64,000 nt of DNA from Cycas panzhihuaensis. Its lineage: Eukaryota > Plantae > Cycadophyta. Positions within the stretch are counted from its first letter, which is position 1. Each line of letters starts with the position of its first letter. Positions 1 through 13,714 of the stretch are shown here, piece by piece. A program made the translations under genes and the position numbers. The DNA lies in the NCBI GenBank assembly GCA_023213395.1, contig CM041465.1, forward strand, positions 213,907,741 through 213,971,740, read 5' to 3'. The notes under the pieces are model-generated. The model saw only the letters and a list, made by a program, of their open reading frames with translations. It was not told the origin of the DNA and ran no database searches.

Positions 1-2623
1 CTACTAGAATGAGGACAACACATTGGTACATACTAAGTAGGTAACATACTTATATAACAACATGCTAATAAGTATAAATAGTTTGTGATAACACCAGAAA
101 GGTATGCGACAATTTATATTTAAATGGCTTGATATGATGATCTTGACCTATGGAATATATATAAGGGTTGATTATCTTATTAAAATAACTGATATTTTAC
201 ATATAAATAAATAAATTTGATGTATATGGCATAAATTATTTATGAGGGTATGACTATCTAGTTATTATGATAGAATATCAAACCCTAGATGACAATATGA
301 ATTATTTCATTGAATGTATACAAATTACACATATTTATATTTAATTATGGCATGAAGATTTACATTACATGTAAATGAAATTTACATATGATGGTATGAT
401 AATGTTGTTGAGGGCATATTATTATTATTATTATTATTCTAGCTTGCAGATGGGCCACATAGTCAATCTGCCTAGCTAGAGAAGTTCCCTTTACTCGCAC
501 ATATGCCAATTTGGAAGGGAATAAAATATAGACTTGAAAATCTCATAGATGAGAGCCTACCCCATAGATGCTCACATAACCATTAAATATGGAGCTAATC
601 CATCAACCTCTATTCCAGAAATATGCCTCAATCACCTTGATCTTACCACGATATATATTACCATACGGTAAGTGTATATCACTCGCTTGCTATGGAGAAT
701 CCAATCTTATTGCAACCCTCTCTTACTGAACCCTATAGCTACAAATCTGGAAGAATATTAAAGTGTAATTTACACATGAGAAGAGATGAGTATATACCCT
801 AACACATAGCCCTTACATTATACTCAGTTAGATCACCTACCACTTTACTTTATATGCGAATTGAATAGCACCTGAGGGAGATAGGTGGAATTTGGTTCAT
901 TTGCCTTCAACCTGATCTCATATAGAGGAGAATTTCCATCACTCATATAGGAAGATCATATGTAATTTATGAACATCCAAATTAAACCATAACTAGACAT
1001 ATCTATATTCATGTACCCATAGATACCACGATTGAATAAATCATTGCTACTTGAAGATGCATAGTGGAGACATACCATGTATGTCCTTGCTACTGGTCTT
1101 TAATATGGAGAAAAATGATGAAGAAGCATTGTAAAATGCCCTATCACATGCCTTACATCCATGATGAAATGAAATGATACCCACTCAATCAACACAAGAA
1201 TTTTTGGAAGATTTTGTAGAGATTAGTTTTATTACATGCAGATGATAGAGGAATCTAATTAATCTGTTCACATATATAAACATGCTAATTTTTTTATAAA
1301 CCTAAAAAAATTATTTATACTTAGATTATTTGATTTAATTAGATTAAATAATTATTTTTAAATATGATTTTAACCCCTTAGAGGTCAGTAGGTGGTCATA
1401 TGATGAATCCATACAACTAGGGTTAATCCTCAAAGGGGCATATTTCTGATTTTTATAAATTGGATTGGATAATTTATATTTTTTCAAAATTTATATTTGA
1501 TATTTAATAAGATTTTAATTTTGTCATTTATTTTTAAAGGATCACGTACTTTTTAAAGGCCCATTGGTATATTTTCTTTTATATCTCATTACTTATGTAT
1601 CAGAATCATGTGCATTTATCATGTTGGAAAGTAGGATTTGAGATAGTAAAAAAGAGTGGTTGCACAACCTACTTTGGACAATAAAAGATAGAGAAAATTT
1701 AGATAAAGTTAATATAATGGCTCCAAACCTCATTTAGAGTGAATTCCACGTTTATTTTTAGAAAACTTTCAACCAATTCTAATGTTTTGTATAACTCCAA
1801 ACATGATGGTTAAGTTATTTTTGAAGAATGGTGGATGGAAAATAAAGTTTGGTTTAAAAGCAAGTATTTTAAGGCCTATTTATGACATTTTAGTTGAAAA
1901 AATTCATCAATTGAGAAACATTTGATGAATGTGTCACATAAGATATCCTTAATATACTATTTGTTCATTTTCCCCTTAACAATATCATATTTGGTCCGTG
2001 GATGGAAAAACCCCTAACTAAACATATAGATCACTCGGTTACTAAAATAATTTTTCATGATCTACTTGTTTTTGGCACACCATACTAATTGTCAATGTTA
2101 TCTAGCTATATGTTGAGTACAGTTTACCTTGGTATAGTTAACTTTCCTTGGCCAGGTAGTTCAACCTATTCCTAGAGTTGATTACTCAAGATGTGATCTA
2201 ACTATTGATTTGATCTAGCTAATGATACTCTTACACAACATACTCAATTGTGTTGTCCTTACAAGCAATTTGGAAGGACGATGAACCATGTATTTAAAAC
2301 AATTTCCTAGTGAACTAGCAATTATAGAGGCTAGTTTTTTATGTATTTTGGTAGATGGATATTATTTTATATGGACTCATATATCACTTTGCTTACTTCT
2401 TGATTTGATGGTTAATATTATATTGATCATCCAACTTAATGTTGATTAAAAGTAGCCATACCAGTGAAGATATGAAGATGCATATAAAGCACTTCATATA
2501 TGTTGGTCTTATATAGGTTAATACTTAATGGAGATAAGCATATAATTACATGCTTCATCATATAGGTTAAAGACATGAAAACTTAAAGACTTGAGATCAA
2601 GATTCGAGGACATTAAATATTAT

Positions 2624-3084
2624 AGGGGGGTGTGTTAAAATATAATGTTTAATATGGGTTTATTATATACATATACTTCCCACCATTCACTTACATTGAG
2701 ATATGTGAGACGCATCCATATCTATGTTATCTCTTTATTTGATGATGTAAAGGCTCTTTATATTTAATAGGCTATTCATGAGGTGATCTCACTATATATA
2801 TGTATATTAATCACTTGTGAATTTAAGAAAGGATAAGCAAATGAGAGAGGAGAAAGATGTAGACCTTATGATCATAAGTGAAGTCCTAACTCTACTTTCT
2901 CCCATGGTTTTTTCTATAATGGATTTTCCACATATATATTTTGGTGTCTATTTTGTGGTGATGATTATGCTTTATGATGTTTATTTTATTTTCTATTCTT
3001 GTTGATTAATTCACTATGTGTATATACTTATGAGTTCATTATTATTACATTTTTTATATTATGGAATTGGAACTAATCTCAATA
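2624..3084 (+). mobile_element. PPT + 3' LTR of an unclassified LTR retrotransposon (family I, copy 1)
   Basis: AGGGGGGTG purine tract (2624-2632) followed by TGTTAAAAT. The sequence and its upstream flank align by eye with 35470-35980 (shared TATTCATGAGGTG, ATGCTTTATGAT, ACTTAAAGA). Right end is approximate. Confidence 0.6.
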
Positions 3085-3269
3085 TTTTGAATATATTTTA
3101 TTATGGTGTTAGACCAATTTTGGTAGCTATTTTAATAGCTCACTTGGTTCATGTATTTCAACTAGTTCTTCTTGAAATTACTTACAAGTGGACAATTTTT
3201 GGTTATGCATTTCAACTTTATAAGTAGGTCCTTTTAATTCCACCTTTATTATCACAATAGCTACTATTT

Positions 3270-3660
3270 TATTTTCCCCAAATGGTTCCATATTATTCAT
3301 GGAAAATTGAGCTTACTTTTTAAATATGATTTTAACCATGCCTACTAAGGACTCTTATTATCTCCTTAAATGGTGGCACTTTACTAGTGAAGCCCTCTTC
3401 TTATTTGATTAAGTTTTAGATCATAATTTTAACCATACCTAACAAGGACTCTTTTTGCTTCTTTAAATAGTGGCATTTTGTAAGTGAAAAACTAAGCTCT
3501 TTTCTCATTTGATCAAGTTTTTTAGTTGTAATTTCAACCATGCTTAATGAGGACTCTTCTCTTCCTCAAATAATGCCTCTTTACTACTAGAAAATTAAAC
3601 TTCTTTATATTTAATTATATTTTTTAGTTATAGTTTTAATTTTGCCTAATGATAATTCTA
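3270..3660. repeat. Degenerate tandem repeat, ~4 units of ~100 bp
   Basis: Motif TTTTAACCATGCCTA..AGGACTCTT recurs at 3330, 3427, 3532 and (degraded) 3634. Confidence 0.75.
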
Positions 3661-3889
3661 TTTTAAAACTAAAATAATTGTTACTAAAAATGAATTTATC
3701 AAAATTAGAGGAAAAAACTAAAATTGTATAGAAAATTTAGGACAAAATGGACTTTCATCACTAAAATTAAAATAATTTCTATTCCAACTATAAAAATTGA
3801 ATGTAGACACTTTTTATAAAAATAAGACTAAAAAATAATTTCGATGAATCTAGTTTGAGGTGATTTAGAGAAATATAATTTTTGTAGTG
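3660..3889 (+). mobile_element. Probable terminus of a CACTA (En/Spm) DNA transposon
   Basis: Ends in AATTTTTGTAGTG (reverse complement CACTACAAAAATT) at 3889. Upstream TTTCATCACTAAAA and TTGTTACTAAAA resemble deaminated TTTCGTCACTAAA subterminal motifs. Partner TIR not seen. Confidence 0.45.
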
Positions 3890-4469
3890 CCGTCTTAAAG
3901 TTGACCACAAATTGAGGATTTTGGGGATAATAATAAAACTTATTACTAAATTACTAATAACTTTTGATCTTGATATCTAATATGAATAAAACCAATTTTG
4001 ATGAAAATTATACATCAATATACTTTAAATAAAAAATATAAATAAAAAAGATGATTAAATACTTATAGCCCTTAAAATTACCACCAAATTTAAAATAATA
4101 AATTTATAGGCTTGTAGATAGGAAATGATAGTAGATCAAGATTGAAACCATTATAACTTTACAATTCTAGTCTAAAATATACAATATAACCACTCAAAAT
4201 TTATAGTATATTTTCTATCATCTCAATTCTAATTTATTATTTAAATTCCACTACATAAACCTCTAAAACCATAAAAATTTAATAAAATACTTAATTAGTT
4301 AAGATCATGATCTAATCCCATTTGAGACAATCCTTTGATATTTCTTATTATAATGAAAATATTTGAGTATTACTAAATATAAAAAATTAAAAGATAATAA
4401 AATGCTAATGACCATTCTAAATTACATTGAAAAGAAGAAGTACTGAAATGATACCAAATATGGTTGTTC

Positions 4470-7400
4470 CTTATTTTTGACATCCAACTCTTCTAGCCAT
4501 TTAGGGTGAAGTTTTGAGGTGGCATGAATAACTAGCCAAGGGTTGTAAAATCAGACAAAAGGTAATAAAGGACATCTATAATAATATTGTCCTTGCCCTT
4601 TATATAGGATATAGTAAAGTCAAATATTTATAGGTGGTCAATCCACTTAACCTATTCTTTAGATAATACTAGTTGATCCAACAAGTGGCAAAGGCTATGG
4701 TGATTAGTGGGAATAGTAAATTTTGAACCCACAAGGTGTCATTATTTATCTATTATATGAAAGATTGTTTTCATTTCCTTTTAATACGTGTATAATGAAA
4801 GTTTATAGTCTTTAAGTTTTCAACTTTCATAGGTAATAGGGTTGAAGTTTTGTATAAGCACTACTCCCAAGCCAAATCCTAATTCATAATAGTTAAGTTT
4901 AAACCATCATATGAAATTTAGGATGGTGAGTACTAAAGTGGAAGTTGTGACCAATTTGAGGTAGGTAAAGATAGCTTCCACATTGAGGGACCATTGAAAT
5001 GAGTCTTTGTAGAGCATGTTAGTTAGTAGCACTTCTAAAGAAGCAGAGTTACAAATAAAATGCCTATAAAAACTAGTGAGGCCAAGAAATACATGTAATT
5101 TTATGAGATTTGTAGGGGTTGTCTAGGTAGTAATGACCAGTATTTTGTTATGATTCATTCATAACCTTTCTAATTATATGATATGCCTTAAATATTATAA
5201 TTCAACTTTAATAAAATTATACTTAGAGCATTTTGTATATAATTCATATTGGTGTAAAATTTAGAGGATAATTTATAGGTGATGAAGGTGGTGATCCAAG
5301 TTAGAACTATAGATGAGTATATCATTGAAGAAGATGATCACAAACTTCTAAAGATGGGGAGAAAATATTCTGTTCATAAGAGCTTGAAAATTGGTAGGGG
5401 TATTATAAAGGTCAAAAGGTATTACTCAGAACTCAAGTGGTCATGATGGGTTTAAAAAGTTATCTTATAATAGTCTTCTATGCTGATTTAAATTTGATAG
5501 TACTCTAATTGTAAATTTAATTTAGAAAAAATAGATGTTCCATGAATTTCATCAAGTATATAATTTATTTTTATAGTGGGAAACTTATTTTTTTATTATA
5601 ATTTAATTGAGCTCCCTATAGTCTACATAAGTGAAAAGATCCATATTGTTTTTTATATTAGAACTATTGGAGTTGCATAGGGACTTTTACTTAGATGATT
5701 CCTATATCCATTCGTTTATTAGTAATTTTCTCAATTTCATTCTTTTAGAAGTAAGAGTTCCTATATAACCTAAGAATGATTACGTCATGGTGGAATCAAC
5801 ATTTAATGGTGTGATAAAAGCCATGGTGAAGTGGTAGAGTGGTAGGAAGGATGGAAAATGCTTGGTGGTATTTGGTAATAATGTCTTAAATACATGGGTG
5901 AATCTAAGGATTGGCTTAGATGTAATTTAGATAGACTATATACCCTAGATTAGTTTATAATTATCTTTTCATTCTCCCTAGGGAGACAAGCTAATTTGGA
6001 GGGGTTTGGATCCCATAAATTTTATATATTTAGCCCATACTATATTTAAATAAGTTTGAAAGGATTGTTTGGGGAATTATTGGTATTATATATGCTTAGG
6101 GTTTTTAACCATGGGATCCCCAGGATGGAATCAAACAAGCTTATAGATAATGCATACAAATCTAAAATTAGGAGGTATATACTTATTTAGACATACAGGG
6201 TTTTTATTACCCCAATATAATGTAACTTTTAATAACCTAGTATGGAGCAAATGAAACTAATTTTAGGGATAATGTAAAGATTAATCTACCTAACTAGTGA
6301 GATATTAGTGAAGTTTAAGAATGCACCACCACTTATCTGTATAGTCATTAGAGTCTTACGTAGGATGCCATTAACTGAAAGGGGTTCTAGACATGCGGCA
6401 AAAGCTATGATAGAGATAGATACTTCTAGTTGAGGGTTTAGGGTGAGATCTACAAGTGGTTATTCATCTTATTCTTAATCTAAATTAGAGTTTGAGTTTT
6501 TTTGGAAGACAAGGTATGCTCAATAAAGAAAACCATATGCCTAGCCTTATAAATATTACCATGTCATGGAGACCACTTCTCTAAGTATTAAAAACATATG
6601 CTTACTTTCATTTGATGATGTGCTTCAACTGGTGTGAATTAAACTTATTTTGTTAAAGATTCTTCTAAATGGCATTCTATTATAGGTTGAACTGAATCAT
6701 TAACTTGAGGTTGGCATTGCTAGGATTTAACTTATTGAGGTTATTACAACTGTGGAAGTTACCTTTAGGAGGAAACTATTATCTTTTATGCAACTTCTAT
6801 CTTTATTACTTTATCCATTTTAATGGTCATATTTAGACTAAGTAGAGTTAGTATTTCAAGGAGCATTTAGATGTGCTCTTTGAGTCCTATGATGTAGGTA
6901 TCAACAATGGTTTGTTTATACAAATATTAGTTGGTATAGTTCTATAACATTTGAAATTCATTTATATATATTTCCATTGATGCTACTTGCTTTATCCTTG
7001 TAAGTTAGGTAATGAACAATTGATTGCAGGTCTCCTCATACTATTCAAAGAAACTATGAGTGAAATATACCTATGACTATTATGAAGGATATTCTCACTT
7101 CCACTAGTAAAATTAGTGACACAGTTTTCCTACTATGAAAATGGATACATGAGTTATTTGGCGTTCCTTAGACATTATATTAAGTGTAAAATAGGAATTC
7201 ATCTTCCTAGTCCAACTTTGAGTACTTTTCTTGTTAAGATCAAAGTTGAAAGTTGAAATATTGATCTTATAATGGAGATGCTACAAACATGGAGGTCTAC
7301 CTAATTTGGTGGAGGATTGCCTATTTGATTTGATGGTGGAGGGTTAACTATCAAATTTAATGACCCTATAGAGTTGGAGTTGGATTGCACTATTTGGTTT

Positions 7401-7530
7401 AGGATTGCAGTGATGTTATCCTTTAACATAAGATTGGATATTTTATTTGTTACCTCCTTTTGGAAATCGCTAAAATTTGTTTCCAAAGTGAGGATTCTAT
7501 CTTCCTAAGTAGGAGGAATCATTATAGAGG
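4470..7530 (-). pseudogene. Decayed gypsy gag-pol of element C
   Basis: Minus-strand motifs: gag SWTRKMNSYF..LTRIKQ..YINEF (~6950-7250), protease LFDSILGIPWLK (~6110-6140), RT KSPYATPIVL (~5660-5690) and FVIIFFNDILIYS (~5305-5345), FLGLT (~5075-5090). Many stops and frameshifts. Confidence 0.85.
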
Positions 7531-9010
7531 TAGAAGGGGCTTCCAAGAAAAGGGATTAGTAAGAAGAGTGGGATATAAGAAATAAGAGAAGTAAGATAGA
7601 ATGGGTTTCAATGAAACAGAGACATGTAGAGAGAATGAGCTTTAAAGAATTGGGGAATTTCTATTAAAGGGGAAAAAGGGGAAGAGGGGCTAGGGTGTCT
7701 ATATCCTATTGACCCCCAAAATTAAGAAAATCACCTAATACATTTGAATGAGCACAAATAGCTTGTCAAAATGGTGTGGATGAATTTAAAGTGAAAATTT
7801 TGGCATGTGGGGCCCACAAGGGGCCTATAGACTAGTTTTCCTCAAAACTGACTTAATGGAAAATGATCATCACAACACACTAATCAAAATAAGATGCATG
7901 GATTTTATTATAATTTTAGAATCATAGACACTTTTTTTAAAAAATGATAAGTTTAATAGTGTAGCTTTCACCTGAATCATAGAAATGTTGAGTGATGTGA
8001 ACCTATAGACCAATTGTCTCTCTCTCCCCCTCCCCCCCTCTCTCTCTTTATTTTATTTTCTTGTTAGTAAATAATAGATGGAATTGAATGGATAGACTGG
8101 GATATGAACTAGATACAAATTTATATTATGCTAAAGGTTTGGATAGAAATTTTAATGCTATTGTCTTGATTATTATATTTTGTTATCTATATTAGTGTAT
8201 GTTCCTTTTTAGAGTTATGCTATATATGTTTTATTGGTTGCTTAATGCTGGATTTCTTTAAGGAACACTTGATAATTTCATAGGTGATTAACTTGGGTTA
8301 ACACTTTTTAGAATTTTATAGCAGTGATGTAGTAGCTTCGATGGAACTATAATAATATCAAGGACTATTTTTTTGTGCGAGGGTAATTATGAAACCTACA
8401 AAACTGTAACATAGGTTTCCTTGGCTATATAGGCCCTTCATTAAACTTCTTTGTCATTACTATTCCTCACCCAATATCTTAGGGCACTACCTATATAGGA
8501 ATATTTCTACTCATAAGATTAGCAATTATGCAAGGGTGTTCATGAAGGGTAAGTTCTTGGTACTAGCTGCTAAGCTATGCACCATAAAATTCAAGCATCC
8601 AATGTTTTTTCTTAGTTTAGAATAGTAAGTAAACTTAGAAGGGTCCTTTGATATACTTGAAGGTACACAAAGGCTCAAGTCTATAGTTAGGTTCTATCTG
8701 AGGCTTACATAAATAATATGATCTACTTCACTTTAAGTATGAGTATATACTTATGTAAGCTTAGCCTAAAGTAACAAATCCCTGTGATATTAAAAGACCC
8801 ATAGTACAAGGCCTCTACATAACCACTAGGGGAAGGTATAGGTAGAACTTGACTTTATCTACATGTTTGTAACTGACTACATAAGAATAGAATAAACATA
8901 ACTGATTACAAAAGAAGGTTTTCAAGAGATTCACTAAGGGAAAGTGAATTTTTCCCTTTTTCTTTCACTTTCTTTGATATATTGACTACTTCAAATGGAT
9001 TTGGTACCTT

Positions 9011-9022
9011 GCTCTAATACCA
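9011..9022 (-). other. Primer binding site (tRNA-iMet) of element C
   Basis: GCTCTAATACCA = reverse complement TGGTATTAGAGC, one mismatch to TGGTATCAGAGC. Confidence 0.85.
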
Positions 9023-9024
9023 TT

Positions 9025-9425
9025 TGGAGCATGTATTTCTAATAATTCCCCTTACACATTAAAATGATAATGGAGAATAAAGAGATTAAAAGTGACACTT
9101 TTATTAAATTATGAAGTAGATTATATAAAATAAACTTACAATGGACTTAATAGGTACTAAAAAGAGTATCAAAGTGTGATATCTTAAGGGAGAAAAATAC
9201 ACCACAACCTTTTACTATAATTTGTGATCCTTAAATAGACAAAAAAGGGTCTTTCTCTAAATAATTCTTTTGGTGGGCCAAATGACCTTACGTTTCATTA
9301 TAGGACTTAACGACTTGCACACAGAGTTTGATGGCTGACACTAACACTTAACCGCCTAATGGTTTACCACTTTCTAGTGCTCCATTTTACTAATAAGATG
9401 TAGTCATATAACGTAAAACATCACA
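9025..9425 (-). repeat. 5' LTR of element C (~400 bp)
   Basis: Adjacent to the PBS; its reverse complement aligns with the D LTR 30462-30857 (e.g. AATGAAAC/TGTAAGG, CACAAATTATA). Confidence 0.75.
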
Positions 9426-11186
9426 TGTTGGGGCATCTTTCAATGATATTTTATCAAGCTCTAATCCCATAGTAGTATGTTACACATAGAATTCTACCAT
9501 ATGAAGAACATGTTTATATATAATCTATGACATCTCATTATAACTCCCTTAGCATCTTACCATAGCTCTCTAATATCTCACTAGAGTTACAGTATTGTAC
9601 TTATAACATAATGTACCACTACATGATTCTATTACTAATATAAAGCTTCATGCTTTTATCACAACAATACTTTATTTTATATATAATCACAAGCATATAT
9701 ATTAGCTCTTATACATCACACACAAATATGTAGTCCCCATCCCAAGTATGAAACTTTCAACAATATATGAGTGGATGTCCTACTAGTTTGAATGATGACC
9801 AAGGTGTATGCATAAACAATAAATGCCCAAAATCCCAATACTAAGAGTTAAATTTTTAAAACTCTAATTAGCTAAAAGTATCTAGTATTTTTCACTTTTA
9901 TATATTTATAGTAGAAGTCCATCATCTCACTAGTCCATTGTCTCTCTTAGATTGATTGGATTGAGAGAGTGATTAATAAATAATTAAGGATCAACATCTT
10001 TCTAATGACATTTAAGAGGATTTTAATGATATTTCAAAGGACATGTTGATCATATGATAATGATGTCTCATTTAATGAGTTTTGTAAGTGTGTTAAATGA
10101 GTATTAAATACTATAGAAGTGCCATCCAACTCCTTAAAGCTCTTAAAGCATTGAATTTAAGGTTCATAAATCCATAAACTAATGTTAATATATGATTATA
10201 TTAAATTTGATAATTAGGAATAAGTAGATTGGAAAGTGTTCTCTCAGGATTTTCAATGAACTATAGAACTCTAAAATTAGACCACTATTTCAAAAGTTTT
10301 AAATAATTAAAATTCAAATTATGATGAAAATTTAATTATATTAGTCCTACATTCATAAAGTAAATAAACTTTGAGCTATATATAAATCAAATTATGTTTA
10401 TAATCTATTAGTCCAATAGTTTAGGAGACTATTGGAAGGGGTACGTATAAGACTAGATTCATAAAGGCTCTATGGGCTTGTAAAAGAACAAAAACTCCTC
10501 AAGCCATGAAGAGACAAATTCCTACATTAATAAAAATGTGAAGCTTCCCTTAGTGTTAAGGAAGAGATACAAACTTAGAAATTTGTAAGAAGGGATTAGC
10601 TAAGCATGTGTCTTAGTACTTTATAAGGATATACACATATTACAACTTGTGAAGATGGGAGAAAACTCTAAAGTTATGAAGATATTACATTTCATTAAGG
10701 TATAAAAAGTCAAAATATATAAATATCCACACTTTGTAAAAATAATAAAATGTAATTCTGTAAAGATAATAAAATATAATTCTCTAAATAATGAGAGTAT
10801 TTTTCTTTCAATAATTAATCAATCCCCTCTCCCTCTCCCTCTTAAGCTTGTCTCTTTTATTTATGTCACATGCTCTCTACTTCTTCCTTTGAATAATCTA
10901 TCCTTTATTTTATTAAGGAAGTTTTTACATCAATAATAAATATGTGAGCACTTGACCTTTAAACATTTGTATGTACGTAAAATCTCATAATCAAATTCAA
11001 TATCATCATGATACAAAATAATTACAATACAAAAGTGCATCTCCACATTCAATGGGGCATCTTATTAGGCTCTTATTTAATATCAAAAAGGGGCATTTAT
11101 ATAAAATCATATTTACAACATACATAGATTGAAAATATACACTAAAATATGCAATAAAATACATGGTATAATTTAGGGGTATTACA

Positions 11187-11403
11187 CTCTCTCCCTCTTA
11201 GAAAAAGTATCATCATTGATGTAGCCACTTTATACAAACAAATATGGGTAAAACTATTGCATTGTCTTTACTAGTTCAAATGTGTCTTTATTAGGTTAAA
11301 GGTACTCCCATTAGACTTTCACCTGTTTGATGACTTAGTTCCACAATATCTTACTCTTTATGTCTAATATTTATATAGGTTACACTTGGAATAAATTCCT
11401 TAT
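11187..11403 (-). pseudogene. Chromodomain (integrase C-terminus) and PPT of Tekay/Del-like chromovirus F; its 3' LTR begins at 11186 and runs leftwards
   Basis: Minus translation FQV*PI*ILDIKSKILWN*VIKQVKV*WEYL..TFELVKTMQ*FYPYLF; PPT AAGAGGGAGAGAG; LTR start TGTAATACCCC. Left end of the LTR is unresolved. Confidence 0.85.
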
Positions 11404-11818
11404 TCTTGCTTGTAGTATTTGATATGATACTACAATGTTAGATTTGGAGTGAAATGCTATGATACCATATAGTTGAGACAATAAATGTAAAAGTTAACAC
11501 TATGAAAATCGATCCAATAATGGACAATCAGGTAAGAATAAAATAGAGTCATAAGATACAAAATAATGAATATGTATAAGTATAATACACAATGGATGGG
11601 CAAAAAAACCACCAAACTTTAGATTATTAGAAATAATCAAGTATATACTTCTAAGATCTCTCACCTCAAGTGAGAACTCTCTAAGTCAGCCTTTGTGTAT
11701 TGGTACATTTTCCTAAATAGCATAAAATTTAAGGTAACTATAATATAATATTCATAAGATACATAAGAGAGTATAGACAGGGTTGAGAATAACATGTAAT
11801 TGAATATTACATCTAATA
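11404..11818 (-). repeat. 3' LTR of element E
   Basis: Direct repeat of 29209-29633, bordered by the PPT. Confidence 0.8.
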
Positions 11819-13189
11819 TTTCCCCCTTGTAATATATGAGTACATCAAATAAAATGTCATATCAAAATACAAATTTGATCTTTAAATAGTGCTAAAACCA
11901 AGTTGCTTTAATAACATAAGATATTGTCATCACCTATATGAAAAGACCTCTACCTAGTAGACCACATAGGTAACTTTCTACTTTGATTGCCAATTAGTTA
12001 GGTCACTCCTTTAGGTATATGGTTATGTCAACACTAAGTTAACTTCACTTTGGAAACACATTATCTTATGTGGTCAAATAAGTAAGTTGGAAGTCAATGC
12101 AATAGTAGTTGAAAAAAAATACCCTACCTCTTAATAAATGGGACTATAAGACCAACTCTTTGACATCTATTCACTAGAAATATAATAATGTTACTAACTA
12201 TGTCTAGAATAATAATAAAATAACCTTTTTAGCCTTACATAAAGGTACTATAGCCTCATAGCTATCTCTATGGGCTTACAAATGCCTTAATGGTCTATCA
12301 TATATCTAATAATACGTGTCAATGACATAAACATACTTAAGAAATGAGATGTGAATCAATACATTAAATAATGACTCTCTCTAAATGATAAATGTTTAAT
12401 AACAATGGATTCTCTAGACCCTATGGAAGAGCCTATGACTTATATTTTTATATTTTCATCTCTTTGGGGTTGCATTATAGGAATGAAAAAATATCAAATA
12501 ATTTAAAACCTTTAAAATGACATAGATATGCTAAAAATAATGTAAAACTCATAAAATGCTGACTTTTGAAAGATAAACTCACAATATACCCTCCCTCCTT
12601 ATATGCTTTGCCCCTAAAGAATCTATATATAAAAATACATAAAGTGACCACTACCTCCTACTACCATAATGTATAGGGTAGATGGGCCATTATTGAGTCA
12701 AAGAGAGGAGGTTGTTACTACTACACCTACTAGTTAATGAAGTATATGGATGCTATGTAAGTGTCTCACACCATGAAAGTAGGAAAAGGAGTATTACCCT
12801 CTTTGTTATTACTTATTATAGAAGAAATAGGGGATTATAAAGTAATAGAGGTATCCATAAAAGTATGACCCCATATGCTCTTGTAAGTTGAATGTTGGTG
12901 GCACCAACTTGATGCTTACACTTTTAAGTGAAGAGATTTCAATATATTGGTTGAAAAAAAATTGATCTCAAATATAAGGAATTTAAAAGATTTTATTTCC
13001 CCTACATTGTCTTCTTCTTCTTATTATTTCGCCTTTTCTTTTGCACAGGTTCCATGGCTAGAAATAAGTGGTTTAATCTATTAGCAAAGCATAAAAATAA
13101 AGAGATTCTAATTTGGCTCATAGATATTCTGGTACTACCCTCATGCCCATGATTGAAGGGGACCTTCTAATTACTAAATACCTAAATAA

Positions 13190-13701
13190 TGTTAAGATTA
13201 TTATCGTACCAAAACCTTAAGGTATTAGTGTTTGATATAAATCTTATATTTAAACAACCCATAGGGCAACTAGTCTTAGGGCCTATGGTGGTGGTTAGTC
13301 CATATTAAACAATCCTTAAGATGTAGTAGTTAGTCTAACACCCACTCTCTGACATTACTTAGGGGGAATTGATCCTGGGATAAGGCATTGATACCAAATG
13401 AAAGGTACAAGGAGACAAAGCAGAGCAATTAAAATCCTATATTAATAAAAAATCAACAATATTCTAATAGTTGGTGGTGTTAAAGAATACTGTTATGTAT
13501 TTGTACCCTATAGTTATAGTCAAGATGTTAGGCAAGTCCACCATCGACTGATACCTTTTTTCTAAATGAAAAATTAATAAAAAATAAATATAAAATACAA
13601 ACTTAATACCTAGGTCAACTGATTATGGTTGGAGGTAGCCCTACATAGTCCCAATACTACTATACACACTTTTTAATAGAAAATGAATATTATTCCTAAC
13701 A
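13190..13701 (-). repeat. 3' LTR of element B
   Basis: TGTTAAGA...CCTAACA, direct repeat of 25569-26080. Confidence 0.92.
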
Positions 13702-13714
13702 TTCTCCCTAATAA

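Larger units (their letters stand above)
4440..9425 (-). mobile_element. Ty3/gypsy LTR retrotransposon C, 3'-truncated (5' LTR, PBS, leader, gag, PR, RT, RNase H; no integrase or 3' LTR seen)
   Basis: 5' LTR 9025-9425 (starts TGTGA on minus), PBS TGGTATTAGAGC, domain order gag-PR-RT-RH. Homologous to element D in LTR, leader and gag. Confidence 0.85.

Noticed and set aside
3270-3660. CRISPR-like repeat array
   Set aside because: The whole unit is homologous (no unique spacers), the context is eukaryotic and there are no cas genes.
9458-9469. PBS-like GCTCTAATCCCA
   Set aside because: Two mismatches, wrong spacing to a TG terminus, and no linked coding region.
13005-13175. Strong polypyrimidine tract plus TTGCACAG acceptor-like site, suggesting a host exon
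   Set aside because: It lies inside element E; the following frames are short and unrecognisable and no convincing donor was found.
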